A stretch of DNA of 64,000 bases from an uncultured Thermodesulfobacteriota bacterium. Lineage in GTDB: Bacteria > Desulfobacterota > B13-G15. The notes under the pieces are model-generated. The model did not search any database, was not told where the DNA came from, and saw only the letters and a program-made list of their open reading frames with translations. A program made the translations under genes and the position numbers. Shown here piece after piece: positions 9,657-19,654 of this stretch (position 1 is the first letter of the stretch; each line of letters begins with the position of its first letter). Where the stretch lies: positions 11,153-75,152 of the forward strand of contig CAZIZI010000002.1 of NCBI GenBank assembly GCA_964543765.1. The letters run 5' to 3'.

Positions 9657-11703
9657 ATGGGAGAGCTAAAAGTTTTCATTAACGGTAGGGAAGTTAAGGG
9701 TAAGGAAGGGAGTACCATTTTAGAGACGGCTCTCGGAGCGGGAATTTATATTCCCTATTTATGTCATCATCCTAACCTCCCTCCCATAGGGGAGTGTGGA
9801 TTATGTGTGGTTCGAGTTAATGGGATGGGGTTTGTTAATGCATGTGATACTTTAGTTGAGGAAGTGATGAAGATTGTAACCGAAGACGAGGAGATTGCGT
9901 CTCTTAGGCGAGAAAGGCTTACCGGTTTATTGATGTCACATCCTTTGGAATGCATAGGCTGTTGGAAATATCTCAAATGTGAACTTCAAGCTTTAAAGCA
10001 ATACGTCGGAATTAATCGAGTTGAGGTTTTAAAAGGGCGTCCGAGGTTCATAGAGATTGAGGAAGATAATCCTCTCTTTGAATATGATCCACATAAATGT
10101 GTTCTTTGCAAAAGATGTGTTAGAGCCTGTAAAGACTTGAGGGGATTGGGGATTTTAGAGGTAAAGGAAAAAGACGGAGTCCGATACATATTTACTCGTT
10201 CGGATTTACCGCTGGCTGAGGAGGGATGTAAGTTTTGTGGTTTATGTGTAGAAGTATGTCCTACAGGAGCTCGGAGGGATAAGGTAGAAATAAATACAAT
10301 GGAAGATAATAGAAAAAGGACATTACTTCCTTGTAAATACAATTGTCCACTTGAAATAGATATACCGCTTTTCGTTCGACTCATTAAAAGGGGGATTACG
10401 ATAAGGCCTTAAGAGTTATAAAAGAAAAAACTCCTTTGGTTGAAGTGTTAGGTCATATTTGTACCCATCCCTGTGAGGATGCTTGTAGGCGTAATCATTT
10501 AAGTGAATCCATTTGCGTTCGAGAACTGAAGAAATTTGTCGCTCAAAGGGCTTTTTATACCTCTTCAGTTAGGAAAGACAAGGGAAAAAGGGTCGCTATA
10601 ATTGGCTCCGGCCCAGCTGGTTTAACAGCGGCTTATTTTCTTAGGGTTTTAGGATATAGGGTTACCCTCTTTGAGCAGATGGCATTTTTGGGAGGTATGT
10701 TGAAGATAGGGATACCTTTTTACAGGTTACCTCGGCGGGTAGTGGATAAGGAGATTGAAGAAATTCTCAAATTGGGCATTAAGGTTGAACTAAAAAACGC
10801 GTGGAGAATTTGGAAGACCTTTTGATCAAAGGTTTTTCGGCAGTAATAATAGCCATAGAAACCCAGCGGCCTATAGTGCCGGATTTAGTGAGGTGGAGGA
10901 AAATTAAAGATGTTCACTTAGGGCTTGATTTTTTACGAGCTTTTAACTTGGGTGAAGGAGTAAAATTAAGGCAAAAAGTTGCGATAATCGGAGGAGGTGC
11001 TAGTGCTTTCGATTGCGCAAGGGTCGCTTTAAGACAAGGAGCTTCGGAGGTCCATATCTTTTGTTTGGAAGAGTTTTCCGAAATGCGCGTTAATAAAGAG
11101 GACCTTGAAGAAGCACTTTTGGAAGGAGTAGCCATTCACAATCATAAAGCGCTTGTTCATTTAGATGAAGTATCTGATAAGCTCCAATTGGTTTTCAGAG
11201 ATGTGGAAAGTTTTGAATTTGATGAATTGGGAAGGCTCGACCTGAAAACCATTCCGGGATCAGAAAGATCTTTTTTCCTTCGAAGGAGTGATATTTGCCA
11301 TAGGACAGATTCCGGAAGTTCCCTTGGGATTCAAGGTTAAGCTTAAGCCATGGGTACCATTGAGGTAGATCCCTTTAGCCTTATGACTTCTAGAGAAGGA
11401 ATTTTCGCTTGTGGTGATGTGGTGACTGGGACAAGGTCAGTAGCAGAGGCCTCTGCGATGGGAAGAAGAGCAGCTTTAAGTGTGGACGAGTTTTTGGGAG
11501 GAGATGGTTTGAAGGAATTAAAAGATCTTCAATATGTGCCTACATTCTTTTCCGAAAAGAAGGGAGGATTTGCATATTTAAGAAGACCCAAAGGGGAGTT
11601 TAGTATAAAAGAGGCCACTTATGAATCAAGTCGTTGTTTGGAATGTGACCTTAGGTTCCAACTAATGGAGGTGAAGTTCTGGCCAGCATATGGAAAGCCA
11701 TGA
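9657..11703 (+). pseudogene. 2Fe-2S ferredoxin + 4Fe-4S dicluster + GltD-like FAD/NAD(P)H oxidoreductase fusion (NfnB / glutamate synthase small-subunit-like). Fragmented into ORFs 9657-10412, 10436-10825, 10801-11340 and 11350-11703.
   Basis: CxxC...C 2Fe-2S motif, two CxxCxxCxxxCP motifs, then the GltD signature CTHPCEDAC and AIIGSGPAGL. Frame breaks at G5 (~10391-10395; adding one G gives ...IKRGDYDKALRVIKEK...), at A5/A6 (~10789-10794), at a T6 run (~11270) and at a G3 run (~11350). Confidence 0.7.
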
Positions 11704-13139
11704 AGCTCATTGAGACCGAAGTAGCCATTATAGGAGCTGGAGCAGCGGGACTTGCAGCTTCAATCGCTGCAGCAGAAAGGGGGGGTATCGGTCGCAGTTT
11801 TCGAAAAAGGAGCCACCACCGGCGGGACAGCTAATATGGGAATGGGATTGTTTGCGGTCGAAAACCGTCACCAGAGATTTCGGCAGATGGGACCAAGTCG
11901 CGATGAAGCTTTTAAGGTTTTTATGGAGTTTATCCATTGGCGTGTGGATGCCCGTTTGGTTAGGGTTTATATCGATAGATCCGGCGACACGATCCATTGG
12001 CTCGAAAACATGGGCGTTGAGTTTTTAGAGCCTATGGCTTATTTCCCGGGAGGATGGCCTACATGGTACATAGTGAAACCTGGCGGTTCTCCCGGTTGTG
12101 CTGCTAATATGTGTAAAGCTATGACTTATAAAGCAAAGTCACTTGGTGTAAGTTTTCATTTTAAAACACCCGCTAAAAGATTGATAAGGAAGGGTAATAG
12201 AATTATAGGATTTATCGCAGAAACACCAGAAGGTGAAGAGCTTTTAGTAAGAGCAGGTACGGTTATTATTGCTACAGGAGGGTTTGGAGACAATCCCGAT
12301 TGGATAAAGAAATATACCGGATACGAACACGAAAAGGATCTCATTACCTTCAGGGTTTCAGGTCTTAAAGGTGACGGAATAAGGATGGCGTGGGAAGTGG
12401 GCGCTCTTTCCACTCCTATGAACATGCAACTCATTTATATTGTACCAGGCGAAGTTCATCCTAAATTAGCGGAGGCTTTTAGGCAACCTCACTTATTAGT
12501 CAACTTAAGAGGGGAGAGATTTGTTAACGAAGGAATAATATTTAATTCAACGTTTATAGGGAACGCAATATCGCAACAACCCAAAAGAATAGCCTTTATG
12601 ATCTTTGATGAGAAAATTAAAGAGCACATGAAGAATGTGGGTTTAGATTTTATTCATGTTCCTTTTCCGTATTTTAAAGTAGAGGACTTCGATGATTCGT
12701 TTTTTGATTCGTTAAAGAGATGTAAAGAGACTCTATTTGTGGCTAATTCTATCTCAGAACTGGCTCAAAAAGCGGGCATAGACGAGAAGGGGTTAGCGAG
12801 GCAAGTGGAAGAATATAACGAATTTTGTAGTTGCGGGTTTGATCCCGTTTTTAACAAAAACCATCGTTATTTAAGGCCTATAAAAAACCTCCTTTTTATG
12901 GCGCGAAGCTTATGCCCGCATCTTACGAGAGCTTGGGAGGTATAAAGATAAACTACAAAATGGAAGTAATAGGTGAAGATTATAATCCATTGAGAGGGCT
13001 ATATGCAGCAGGTACAGATGTTAATTCCATAAATGGTGATTCCTATGTTTTCATTTTGCCTGATAATACCATGGGGTTCGCGGTGAATTCTAGTCGAATA
13101 GCAGGGGAAAACGCTGCTGATTTTGTAAAAGGCAGATGA
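11701..13139 (+). pseudogene. FAD-binding dehydrogenase of the fumarate reductase/succinate dehydrogenase flavoprotein (FAD_binding_2) family, 3-oxosteroid 1-dehydrogenase (KstD)-like. Fragmented into 11701-11832, 11752-12945 and 12912-13139.
   Basis: N-terminus MKLIETEVAIIGAGAAGLAASIAAAERG breaks at a G7 run (aaagggggggtatc, ~11786-11792). C-terminal piece GLYAAGTDVNS...RIAGENAA is typical of the family. Second break at T5 (cctttttatg, ~12893-12897); T6 restores ...NLLFYGAKLMPASYE.... Confidence 0.7.
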
Positions 13140-13274
13140 TATAAAAATTCCCGTCCCCTTTCTAGCTTTTACAATTTTTCTCCTAAGAGGCGGTATAGAC
13201 GATTTAAAAGAAAAGGCAATAAAATTTTAAAAAATCCATGTTGCTCATTATACGAAAGCAGGGGGAGTTAAGTT

Positions 13275-14585
13275 ATGTTCGAAAGGTTGAGCGAACGCCT
13301 ACAGCTTGTTTTCAATAAATTGAGGAAAAAGGGCAAATTAACGGAAGAGGACGTGATGGGGGCTTTAAGGGAAGTTCGGTTGGCCCTTCTCGAGGCGGAT
13401 GTGCATTATAAAGTGGCCAAGGAATTTCTCGAAAGAGTAAAAGAAAGGGCAGTGGGGCAAGAGGTTATGAAAAGTCTAACCCCTGTTCAGCAGGTCATAA
13501 AAATCGTAAAAGAAGAGCTTGTCTCTCTTATGAGTGGTGATACTTCCCTTAATTTAAAAGGAAACCCTGCGATTTTGATGCTCGTAGGTCTTCAAGGCTC
13601 AGGAAAGACCACCACTGCAGCGAAGCTTGCCTTAAAGTTTAAAAGAGAAGGTTATAGACCTGTAGTTTTACCCCTCGATTCGAGAAGGCCTGCTGCTTCG
13701 GAACAGCTTGAAAAATTGGCGGAAAAGATAGGGGTTGTGTGTTATAAAAGTTCCTCTTCTCCTTTTGAACTTTTCGAAAGCGTTCTAAAGGAAACGAGAC
13801 AAAAGGGCTTTTCTCCTCTGATAGTTGATACTGCCGGGACTTTACATATAGAGCGGGAGCTTATGGAGGAGCTAAGGGAGTTAAAAGAAAAGATTAAACC
13901 GAATGAGGTGCTCCTTGTAGTTGACTCCATGACCGGACAAGATGCCGTGAACGTGGCTCAAGGGTTTGAGAAAGGAGTAGGAATTACCGGCATTATATTG
14001 ACGAAACTCGATGGCGATGCTCGAGGAGGAGCAACCCTTTCCATTAAAGCCGTGACCGGAAAACCCATAAAACTCATAGGAATCGGCGAGGGGCTTGAAG
14101 CACTTGAACCATTTTATCCGGACCGGATCGTTTCGCGCATTTTAGGCATGGGAGATGTGCTCACTTTGATAGAGAAGACCCAAAGAGTAATAGAGGAAGA
14201 GGAAGCAAAAAAACTGGAGAAAAAGCTCAAAGAAGACCGCTTCGATTTCGAGGATTTTCGAGAATATTTGCGGATGTTGAAGAAGCTGGGGGATTTGGAA
14301 AGTTTGTTAAAATTAATCCCAGGCCTTCCCAAGGTTCTTAAAAATGGGGTAAAAGTGGATTATACTAAGATGCGTAGGATGGAAGCTATAATAAATTCGA
14401 TGACTATTGAAGAAAGACGAAAACCGCATATAATAAACGCTAGTCGGAAAAAAAGAATTGCGAAAGGTAGTGGCACAAGCATACAGGAAGTTAATCAATT
14501 GTTGAGGCAATTTGAGATGATAAGAAAACTGGTGAAGGAAATGAAGACAACGAAAGGAAGAAGATGGTTTGGGGTTTTTCAGTAA
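13275..14585 (+). CDS. ffh: signal recognition particle protein Ffh (SRP54)
   Basis: 436 aa. NG domain (GLQGSGKTTT, DTAGT, LTKLDGDARGG) and methionine-rich M domain. Confidence 0.95.
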   Translation: MFERLSERLQLVFNKLRKKGKLTEEDVMGALREVRLALLEADVHYKVAKEFLERVKERAVGQEVMKSLTPVQQVIKIVKEELVSLMSGDTSLNLKGNPAILMLVGLQGSGKTTTAAKLALKFKREGYRPVVLPLDSRRPAASEQLEKLAEKIGVVCYKSSSSPFELFESVLKETRQKGFSPLIVDTAGTLHIERELMEELRELKEKIKPNEVLLVVDSMTGQDAVNVAQGFEKGVGITGIILTKLDGDARGGATLSIKAVTGKPIKLIGIGEGLEALEPFYPDRIVSRILGMGDVLTLIEKTQRVIEEEEAKKLEKKLKEDRFDFEDFREYLRMLKKLGDLESLLKLIPGLPKVLKNGVKVDYTKMRRMEAIINSMTIEERRKPHIINASRKKRIAKGSGTSIQEVNQLLRQFEMIRKLVKEMKTTKGRRWFGVFQ

Positions 14586-14598
14586 AAGGAGGAAGGAG

Positions 14599-14847
14599 AT
14601 GGTGAAGATCAAACTTTCAAGGTATGGTGCCCGACATCGTCCATTTTACCGGATAGTGGTGGCCGATGCGCGGTCTCCAAGGGATGGTAAGTTTATCGAG
14701 AAGCTCGGGGTTTATGATCCTTTACAGGATCCTCCTCTTGTGGAGGTCGATAAAGAGAGATTAACTCAGTGGCTCCATAAAGGAGCTCAATTGACAGATA
14801 CGGTTGCGGGGCTTTTAAAAAAGGCGGGAATCAGATTAGAGGCATAA
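14599..14847 (+). CDS. rpsP: 30S ribosomal protein S16
   Basis: MVKIKLSRYGARHRPFYRIVVADARSPRDGKFIEKLGVYDP. Start taken at the internal ATG after SD aaaggaggaaggag (the ORF track extends to 14569). Confidence 0.9.
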   Translation: MVKIKLSRYGARHRPFYRIVVADARSPRDGKFIEKLGVYDPLQDPPLVEVDKERLTQWLHKGAQLTDTVAGLLKKAGIRLEA

Positions 14848-14865
14848 AAATTTAAAAGGAGGAGG

Positions 14866-15105
14866 ATGATGCAGCTTAAGGATCTCATCGAAACGATTGC
14901 TAAATCTTTGGTGGATCATCCAGAACAAGTGAGGGTTACGGAAATTCAAGGGGAGAAGACTTCGGTGATCGAACTTTCGGTTGCTAAAGAGGATTTGGGC
15001 AAAATAATAGGTAAACAAGGACGTACCGCCAGAGCTATGAGAACCATATTAAGCGCGGCTTCAAGCAAAAATAACAAAAGGGTAGTCTTAGAGATCATTG
15101 AATAA
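14866..15105 (+). CDS. KH-domain RNA-binding protein (YlqC/UPF0109 family)
   Basis: 79 aa with [20 protein letters not shown] motif. Conserved position between rpsP and rimM. Confidence 0.75.
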   Translation: MMQLKDLIETIAKSLVDHPEQVRVTEIQGEKTSVIELSVAKEDLGKIIGKQGRTARAMRTILSAASSKNNKRVVLEIIE

Positions 15106-15622
15106 GGAAGACGCCCTTGAGGATTTCATCCTAATAGGCAAGGTCCTGCGACCACATGGTAGAAAAGGGGATCTGAGGATTAAATATTTTAATCCCGATC
15201 CCCTCTTTATTTTAAATTACAGCCGATTATTCCTTTTGGATCACAAAAGGGGTATCTTCCGATCATTTAAGGTAAAACAGGTTTTGGTAAATAAGGGAAA
15301 CGTGATCGTGGCTTTAGAAGGCATTAACGATCGAGATGCTGCCGAAAGGTGGTCACAAAGTAGCATTTACGTCCATCGCGATGATCTTCCGCCTTTAGAA
15401 GAAGGAGAGTATTATTACGTGGATATAATTGGACTCAAGGTCTTTAGTGAAGAAGGTAAGTATGTGGGAGAAGTGGTGAATATATTTCCCACCGGTAGTA
15501 ATGATGTTTATGAAATAAAGGGCCCAGAGAGAGAAATAATGTTACAAGCTTCAAATGATGTTATTAAGGAAATTAACCTGAAAGAACGCAAGATGATCGT
15601 TAAAATCCCCGAGGAGTATTAA
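15098..15622 (+). CDS. rimM: 16S rRNA processing protein RimM
   Basis: 174 aa. N-terminal [24 protein letters not shown]-barrel signature. Conserved operon position. Confidence 0.85.
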   Translation: MNKEDALEDFILIGKVLRPHGRKGDLRIKYFNPDPLFILNYSRLFLLDHKRGIFRSFKVKQVLVNKGNVIVALEGINDRDAAERWSQSSIYVHRDDLPPLEEGEYYYVDIIGLKVFSEEGKYVGEVVNIFPTGSNDVYEIKGPEREIMLQASNDVIKEINLKERKMIVKIPEEY

Positions 15623-15625
15623 AAA

Positions 15626-16354
15626 ATGGTCTTTTATGTATTGACGCTTTTCCCAGAGATGGTGCTTCAACCATTAAAGTTTAGCGTATTAGGTAAGGCC
15701 ATGGAAAATGGGGTATTTCGAGTTGAAGGGATTAATATCCGTGATTTTGCGCTTGATAAACATAAGACTACCGATGATTATCCCTATGGTGGTGGACAAG
15801 GAATGATAATGAAGCCGGAACCGGTAACGCGGGCTATAAAGTTCTTATTAGATCAAGATCCTAAAATTTGGTTTATATTGCTTACTCCCCAAGGCATATC
15901 TTTTTCTCAAAGCACTGCCCAAAGGCTTTCTAAATTTAAAAAATTGGCCCTTATTTGTGGCCGTTATGAGGGGATTGACGATAGGGTAAGGGGGTATGTG
16001 AACGAGGAGATTTCAATAGGGGATTATGTATTAACAGGAGGGGAGTTTGCGGCTTTAGTGATCATAGATTGTGTAGCCAGGCTTTTGCCGAACGCCTTAC
16101 ACCGAGCTGAATCTGCTCAAGAGGAGTCCTTCAGCGAGGAGCTGCTGGAGTATCCCCAATATACGCGTCCCCCCCTTTTCGAAGGAAAGGGCGTTCCTGA
16201 GGTCTTACTTTCGGGCAATCATAGGGAGATAGAAAATTGGCGTAGGAGACAAGCCCTACTTAGGACTTGGGTAAGGCGTCCTGATCTTTTAAAAAGGGCA
16301 AGATTAAGGGAAGAAGATAAAAGGTATTTATCGGCATTAGAAGATGGATACTGA
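15626..16354 (+). CDS. trmD: tRNA (guanine37-N1)-methyltransferase TrmD
   Basis: 242 aa. VLTLFPEM...YPYGGGQGMIMKPEP...LICGRYEGIDDRV SPOUT/TrmD motifs. Confidence 0.9.
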   Translation: MVFYVLTLFPEMVLQPLKFSVLGKAMENGVFRVEGINIRDFALDKHKTTDDYPYGGGQGMIMKPEPVTRAIKFLLDQDPKIWFILLTPQGISFSQSTAQRLSKFKKLALICGRYEGIDDRVRGYVNEEISIGDYVLTGGEFAALVIIDCVARLLPNALHRAESAQEESFSEELLEYPQYTRPPLFEGKGVPEVLLSGNHREIENWRRRQALLRTWVRRPDLLKRARLREEDKRYLSALEDGY

Positions 16355-16925
16355 GAGGGTTTTTTTAGCGCTTTTGCATTGGCCCGTTTATGACCGGAAT
16401 GGCAACGTGATCACCACCGCTTTGACCACAATTGATATTCATGATTTAGGAAGGTTGTGTAAAACTTATGGCCTCGGTGGCGTTTACATAGTAACCCCTT
16501 TATCCTCACAGATTGAGCTTGGGGAGAGGATGGTCAAGTATTGGCGTGAGGGACCGGGAGCTTCCTTTAATCCATTGAGGAAGATGGCTCTGGAGAATAT
16601 AAAGTTTAGCCCTACCTTGGAGGATGTGCTCTCCGACCTTCAAGCAAAGTTCAAGGATAGGCCTAAAACAATTGCTACAAGTGCGAAAAGATGGCCGAAG
16701 ATCATAGGATACCGGGCTTTAAAAGAAGAAATGAAAAAGGGGGGGCTTTTCCTTTTGATCTTTGGAACTGGATGGGGACTCACCTGGGAATTAATAATGT
16801 CCTGTGATATGGTACTGGAACCGATAGAAGGAAAAGGGTATAATCATCTTTCAGTCCGCACAGCAGCGGCGATCATTATTGATAGGTTGTTTGGGAGGTG
16901 TGAAGATGAAAGAAACGATTCGTGA
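16344..16925 (+). CDS. uncharacterized SPOUT-like (alpha/beta-knot methyltransferase-like) protein inserted between trmD and rplS
   Basis: 193 aa. C-terminal [10 protein letters not shown]...[16 protein letters not shown] resembles the SAM-binding knot of TrmH-like enzymes. Assignment is tentative. Confidence 0.45.
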   Translation: MDTERVFLALLHWPVYDRNGNVITTALTTIDIHDLGRLCKTYGLGGVYIVTPLSSQIELGERMVKYWREGPGASFNPLRKMALENIKFSPTLEDVLSDLQAKFKDRPKTIATSAKRWPKIIGYRALKEEMKKGGLFLLIFGTGWGLTWELIMSCDMVLEPIEGKGYNHLSVRTAAAIIIDRLFGRCEDERNDS

Positions 16926-17250
16926 GGTAGAAAAGGAATACTTAAAATCAAATATTCCGGAGTTTTGGCCAGGGGATACGGTGAGGGTGTATTATCGTTT
17001 CCCAGAGGGAGAGAAGGAAAAAACCCATATGTTCGAAGGGGTTGTCATAAGAAAAAGAGGCGGAGGGACAAGGGGTACTTTTACGGTGAGAAAGGTCTCT
17101 TATGGGGTAGGGGTAGAGAGGATATTTCCCCTTAATTCTCCCAATATCGAGAAGATCGAAATTGTGAGGCGTGGGAAGGTAAGAAGGGCTAGGCTTTATT
17201 ACCTCAGAGAAAGAACCGGAAAAAGTGCTAGGATCAAAGAACGAAAGTAA
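16906..17250 (+). CDS. rplS: 50S ribosomal protein L19
   Basis: [13 protein letters not shown]... typical L19. Start at the ATG after SD gggagg (the ORF track extends to 16879). Confidence 0.9.
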   Translation: MKETIREVEKEYLKSNIPEFWPGDTVRVYYRFPEGEKEKTHMFEGVVIRKRGGGTRGTFTVRKVSYGVGVERIFPLNSPNIEKIEIVRRGKVRRARLYYLRERTGKSARIKERK

Positions 17251-17854
17251 ATCCTTATGTACCCCGGATAAATGCCCAGGTTTTGTCTATTGTCAGGAGG
17301 GTCTGTGTGCTGGGATCGATGAGGCAGGACGAGGGCCGTTGGCCGGTCCGGTAGTGGCAGCTGCTCTTATCATCAATCCTAAGGAACTTGTTTCCGAGAT
17401 AAGAGATTCCAAAGCCTTGAGCCCGAAACTTCGGGAAGAGCTTTACGCTTATCTTATTTCCCGAGCTCGAGCTTGGGCCATTTCTTCAGTAGGGCCGAGG
17501 ACTATCGAAAGGATAAACATACTTAATGCCTCTTTACGGGCTATGCGTCAAGCGGTTCAAAAACTCAAGTTAAGGCCAAAGATCCTCATAGTAGATGGCC
17601 CTTATGCCATTCCCAAACTGGATATCCCTCAAATTCCCCTTATCGATGGGGATGTTCGATGCCCACTCGTTGGGGCTGCCTCAATTTTGGCCAAAGTCAC
17701 CCGGGATCGAATTATGGATCATTATCATAAGCTGTTTCCCCAATACGGTTTCGATCGCCACAAAGGTTATCCTACCGAAGAACATCGCAAAGCCCTAAGG
17801 CAATTCGGCCCCTCTCCCATTCATAGACGGAATTTTAAGGGCGTAGGTGAATAA
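17225..17854 (+). CDS. rnhB: ribonuclease HII
   Basis: [18 protein letters not shown] and DSK motifs. The exact start is uncertain (overlaps the rplS end). Confidence 0.85.
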   Translation: MLGSKNESKSLCTPDKCPGFVYCQEGLCAGIDEAGRGPLAGPVVAAALIINPKELVSEIRDSKALSPKLREELYAYLISRARAWAISSVGPRTIERINILNASLRAMRQAVQKLKLRPKILIVDGPYAIPKLDIPQIPLIDGDVRCPLVGAASILAKVTRDRIMDHYHKLFPQYGFDRHKGYPTEEHRKALRQFGPSPIHRRNFKGVGE

Positions 17855-18224
17855 AAGGAGACTGGAAGAAGAGGCTGAGAGATTGGCGGAAGTATTCCTT
17901 AAGAGATCCGGCTATACAATTCTTCAAAGGTGGCCAAATAGACCTAATCGCCGAAGAAAGGGGGATACTCGTATTTGTAGAGGTTAAAGCTAGAAGATCT
18001 AAGGTGTATGGTTTACCTTATGAGGCGGTTACCCGGAGAAAAATTAAAAAATTAACTCAAGTAGCCCTTCATTATTTACAAAGACATGGATTATATGAAG
18101 ACATGGATTATATGGGAAAGTACCAGTGAGATTCGACATAGTAAGCATAGAGCTTTATCGAGGTGAGCCAATTATAGGAATAATCAAAGGGGACTTTTTT
18201 TTTGGAATAAACCGGGTATTTTGA
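17849..18224 (+). pseudogene. yraN: YraN-family (UPF0102) endonuclease, disrupted
   Basis: GTG start overlapping the rnhB stop. ...LEEEAERLAEVFLKRSGYTILQR | frameshift | GQIDLIAEERGILVFVEVKARRSKVYGLPYEAVTRRKIKKLTQVALHYLQRHGLY | 17-bp tandem duplication | VPVRFDIVSIELYRGEPIIGIIKGDF.... Confidence 0.65.
18083..18116 (+). repeat. 17-bp tandem duplication inside yraN (gacatggattatatgaa / gacatggattatatggg)
   Basis: Two adjacent near-identical 17-nt units. Deleting one restores the YraN frame (...LQRHGLYGKVPVRFDIV...). Confidence 0.8.
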
Positions 18225-18331
18225 AATCTAAGAAGACCTTGTCAATGCTTGTTTTTTATGATAATAAAAGGGCCACACAGAAGGGGAGATGTGTAATTTT
18301 TAAAATAAAAAACTTTTAAGGAGGGGGACCG

Positions 18332-18604
18332 ATGAAAAAGGCCGATTTGGTAGCAAAAGTGGCAGACGAGGCCAAAATACCAAGAACTGCTGCCGAGAGG
18401 GCGATAAACGCTTTTGTAAATGTGGTAACCGAAGCCCTCAAGGCAGGAGATAAGGTAGCCTTGCCCGGTTTCGGTACTTTCATGGTAGCTCAAAGGGCTG
18501 CCCGTAAAGGAAGAAACCCTCGAACAGGCCAGGAGATAACCATCCCTTCGGTTAAAGTTCCGAAATTTAAGGTGGGGAAAAACTTGAGGGAAGCTATAAA
18601 GTAA
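18332..18604 (+). CDS. hup: DNA-binding protein HU
   Basis: 90 aa. MKKADLVAKVA...GFGTF...RNPRTGQEITIP HU/IHF signature. SD aaggaggg. Confidence 0.9.
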   Translation: MKKADLVAKVADEAKIPRTAAERAINAFVNVVTEALKAGDKVALPGFGTFMVAQRAARKGRNPRTGQEITIPSVKVPKFKVGKNLREAIK

Positions 18605-18607
18605 CCC

Positions 18608-18648
18608 CCTTTGCCGTGATCCCCTTTCTAAGGGGATCACGGCAAAGG
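18608..18648. terminator. 17-bp perfect inverted repeat between convergent hup and the PflX-like gene (putative bidirectional terminator, weak U-tracts)
   Basis: cctttgccgtgatcccc-tttctaa-ggggatcacggcaaagg. The 3' arm overlaps the last codons of the minus-strand gene. Confidence 0.5.
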
Positions 18649-19551
18649 AAATCCTCTATATAAACCAAATTCCTTCGCCATCTGTAAGGCAGTAAGGTAT
18701 TCCTTTAAACTTATGCGCCTTGCGATTTCGGAATACTGATGGGCCATATAAAGAGGGCGATATTGATTCATGATGTTTGTATAAGTGTCTGTGGATATTT
18801 CTTTGGCTATGAAGTGTAATATCTCTTTTGTATCTTCTAAGCAATTAGGCATAACCAAATGCCTTATTAATAGTCCGCGATAAGCGATGCCGTTATTATC
18901 TATTAATAAATCCCCTACCTGTCTATGCATTTCTTTAACCACTTTTTTTACTACTTCAGGATAGTCAGGAGCATTACAATATTTTTTTGCAAGCTCTGCA
19001 TTAAAGAACTTTATGTCAGGCATGTAAATATCGAATATTCCTTCTATAAGTTTTATTACTTCTAATGACTCGTATCCGCCACAATTGTAAACTAAAGGTA
19101 TATTTAATCCACCTCCAATAGCATGCTTTAAGCCTTCTACTATTTGAGGAACATAATGGGTGGGTGTGACGAAGTTGATGTTATGACAACCTTGGCTTTG
19201 AAGATAAAGCATGATTTTTGCTAAGTCCCTTGGAGTAATAGTTTCGCCTTCGCCCAAGTGGCTTATTTCGTAATTTTGGCAAAATATGCACCGTAAATTA
19301 CAATGGGTTAAGAAAATGGTTCCTGATCCGTAAAGTCCTACAAGGGGTGGTTCTTCGCCGAAGTGAGGGAAAGCGCTGGACACCATGAGCTCGTAAGGGG
19401 CCTTACAGTAGCCCTTTTCCCCTTTAAGTCGGTTTACTTTGCATTGACGGGGGCATAGTTGGCAACTTTGGAGTATTTCTTTTAGGAGCTTAAGTCGTTC
19501 CTCCATTTGGCCTGAATGATAAAGCTGAATATAAGAAGGTTCTCGGCTCAT
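18637..19551 (-). CDS. radical SAM protein, PflX-like (pyruvate formate-lyase activating enzyme homolog, COG1313)
   Basis: 304 aa. CNLRCIFCQN radical-SAM CxxxCxxC motif plus additional N-terminal Cys (CQLCPRQC). Confidence 0.8.
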   Translation of the reverse strand: MSREPSYIQLYHSGQMEERLKLLKEILQSCQLCPRQCKVNRLKGEKGYCKAPYELMVSSAFPHFGEEPPLVGLYGSGTIFLTHCNLRCIFCQNYEISHLGEGETITPRDLAKIMLYLQSQGCHNINFVTPTHYVPQIVEGLKHAIGGGLNIPLVYNCGGYESLEVIKLIEGIFDIYMPDIKFFNAELAKKYCNAPDYPEVVKKVVKEMHRQVGDLLIDNNGIAYRGLLIRHLVMPNCLEDTKEILHFIAKEISTDTYTNIMNQYRPLYMAHQYSEIARRISLKEYLTALQMAKEFGLYRGFPLP

Positions 19552-19654
19552 GGGTATATAAAATTTAAAAAAATTTCAAAAGAAGGTCTACTTTGTGGTC
19601 TTGAAGGCGAGAGTGTGTTGTGTTAAAGGCTTACAATAAAAAGAAGAAGGAACT

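Noticed and set aside
5690-12900. Programmed ribosomal frameshifting to explain the split ORFs
   Set aside because: At least nine different sites with different homopolymers, no slippery heptamer/pseudoknot context, plus an in-frame TAG. Mutation or sequencing error is far more parsimonious.
3833-13274. Genomic island integrated into the 3' end of ssrA
   Set aside because: The ssrA terminator is intact right after the gene. No integrase or transposase. The only candidate att-like repeat (ATTCCCGTCCCCT at ~13150 vs ATTCCCGCCGCCT in ssrA) is an 11/14 match, too weak. AT-richness of 3.9-9.3 kb is only a visual impression.
19552-19654. Possible inverted repeat (aaggtctactttgtggtcttgaagg) upstream of the NSS transporter
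   Set aside because: Arms are not complementary on inspection (aaggtc vs gtcttg).
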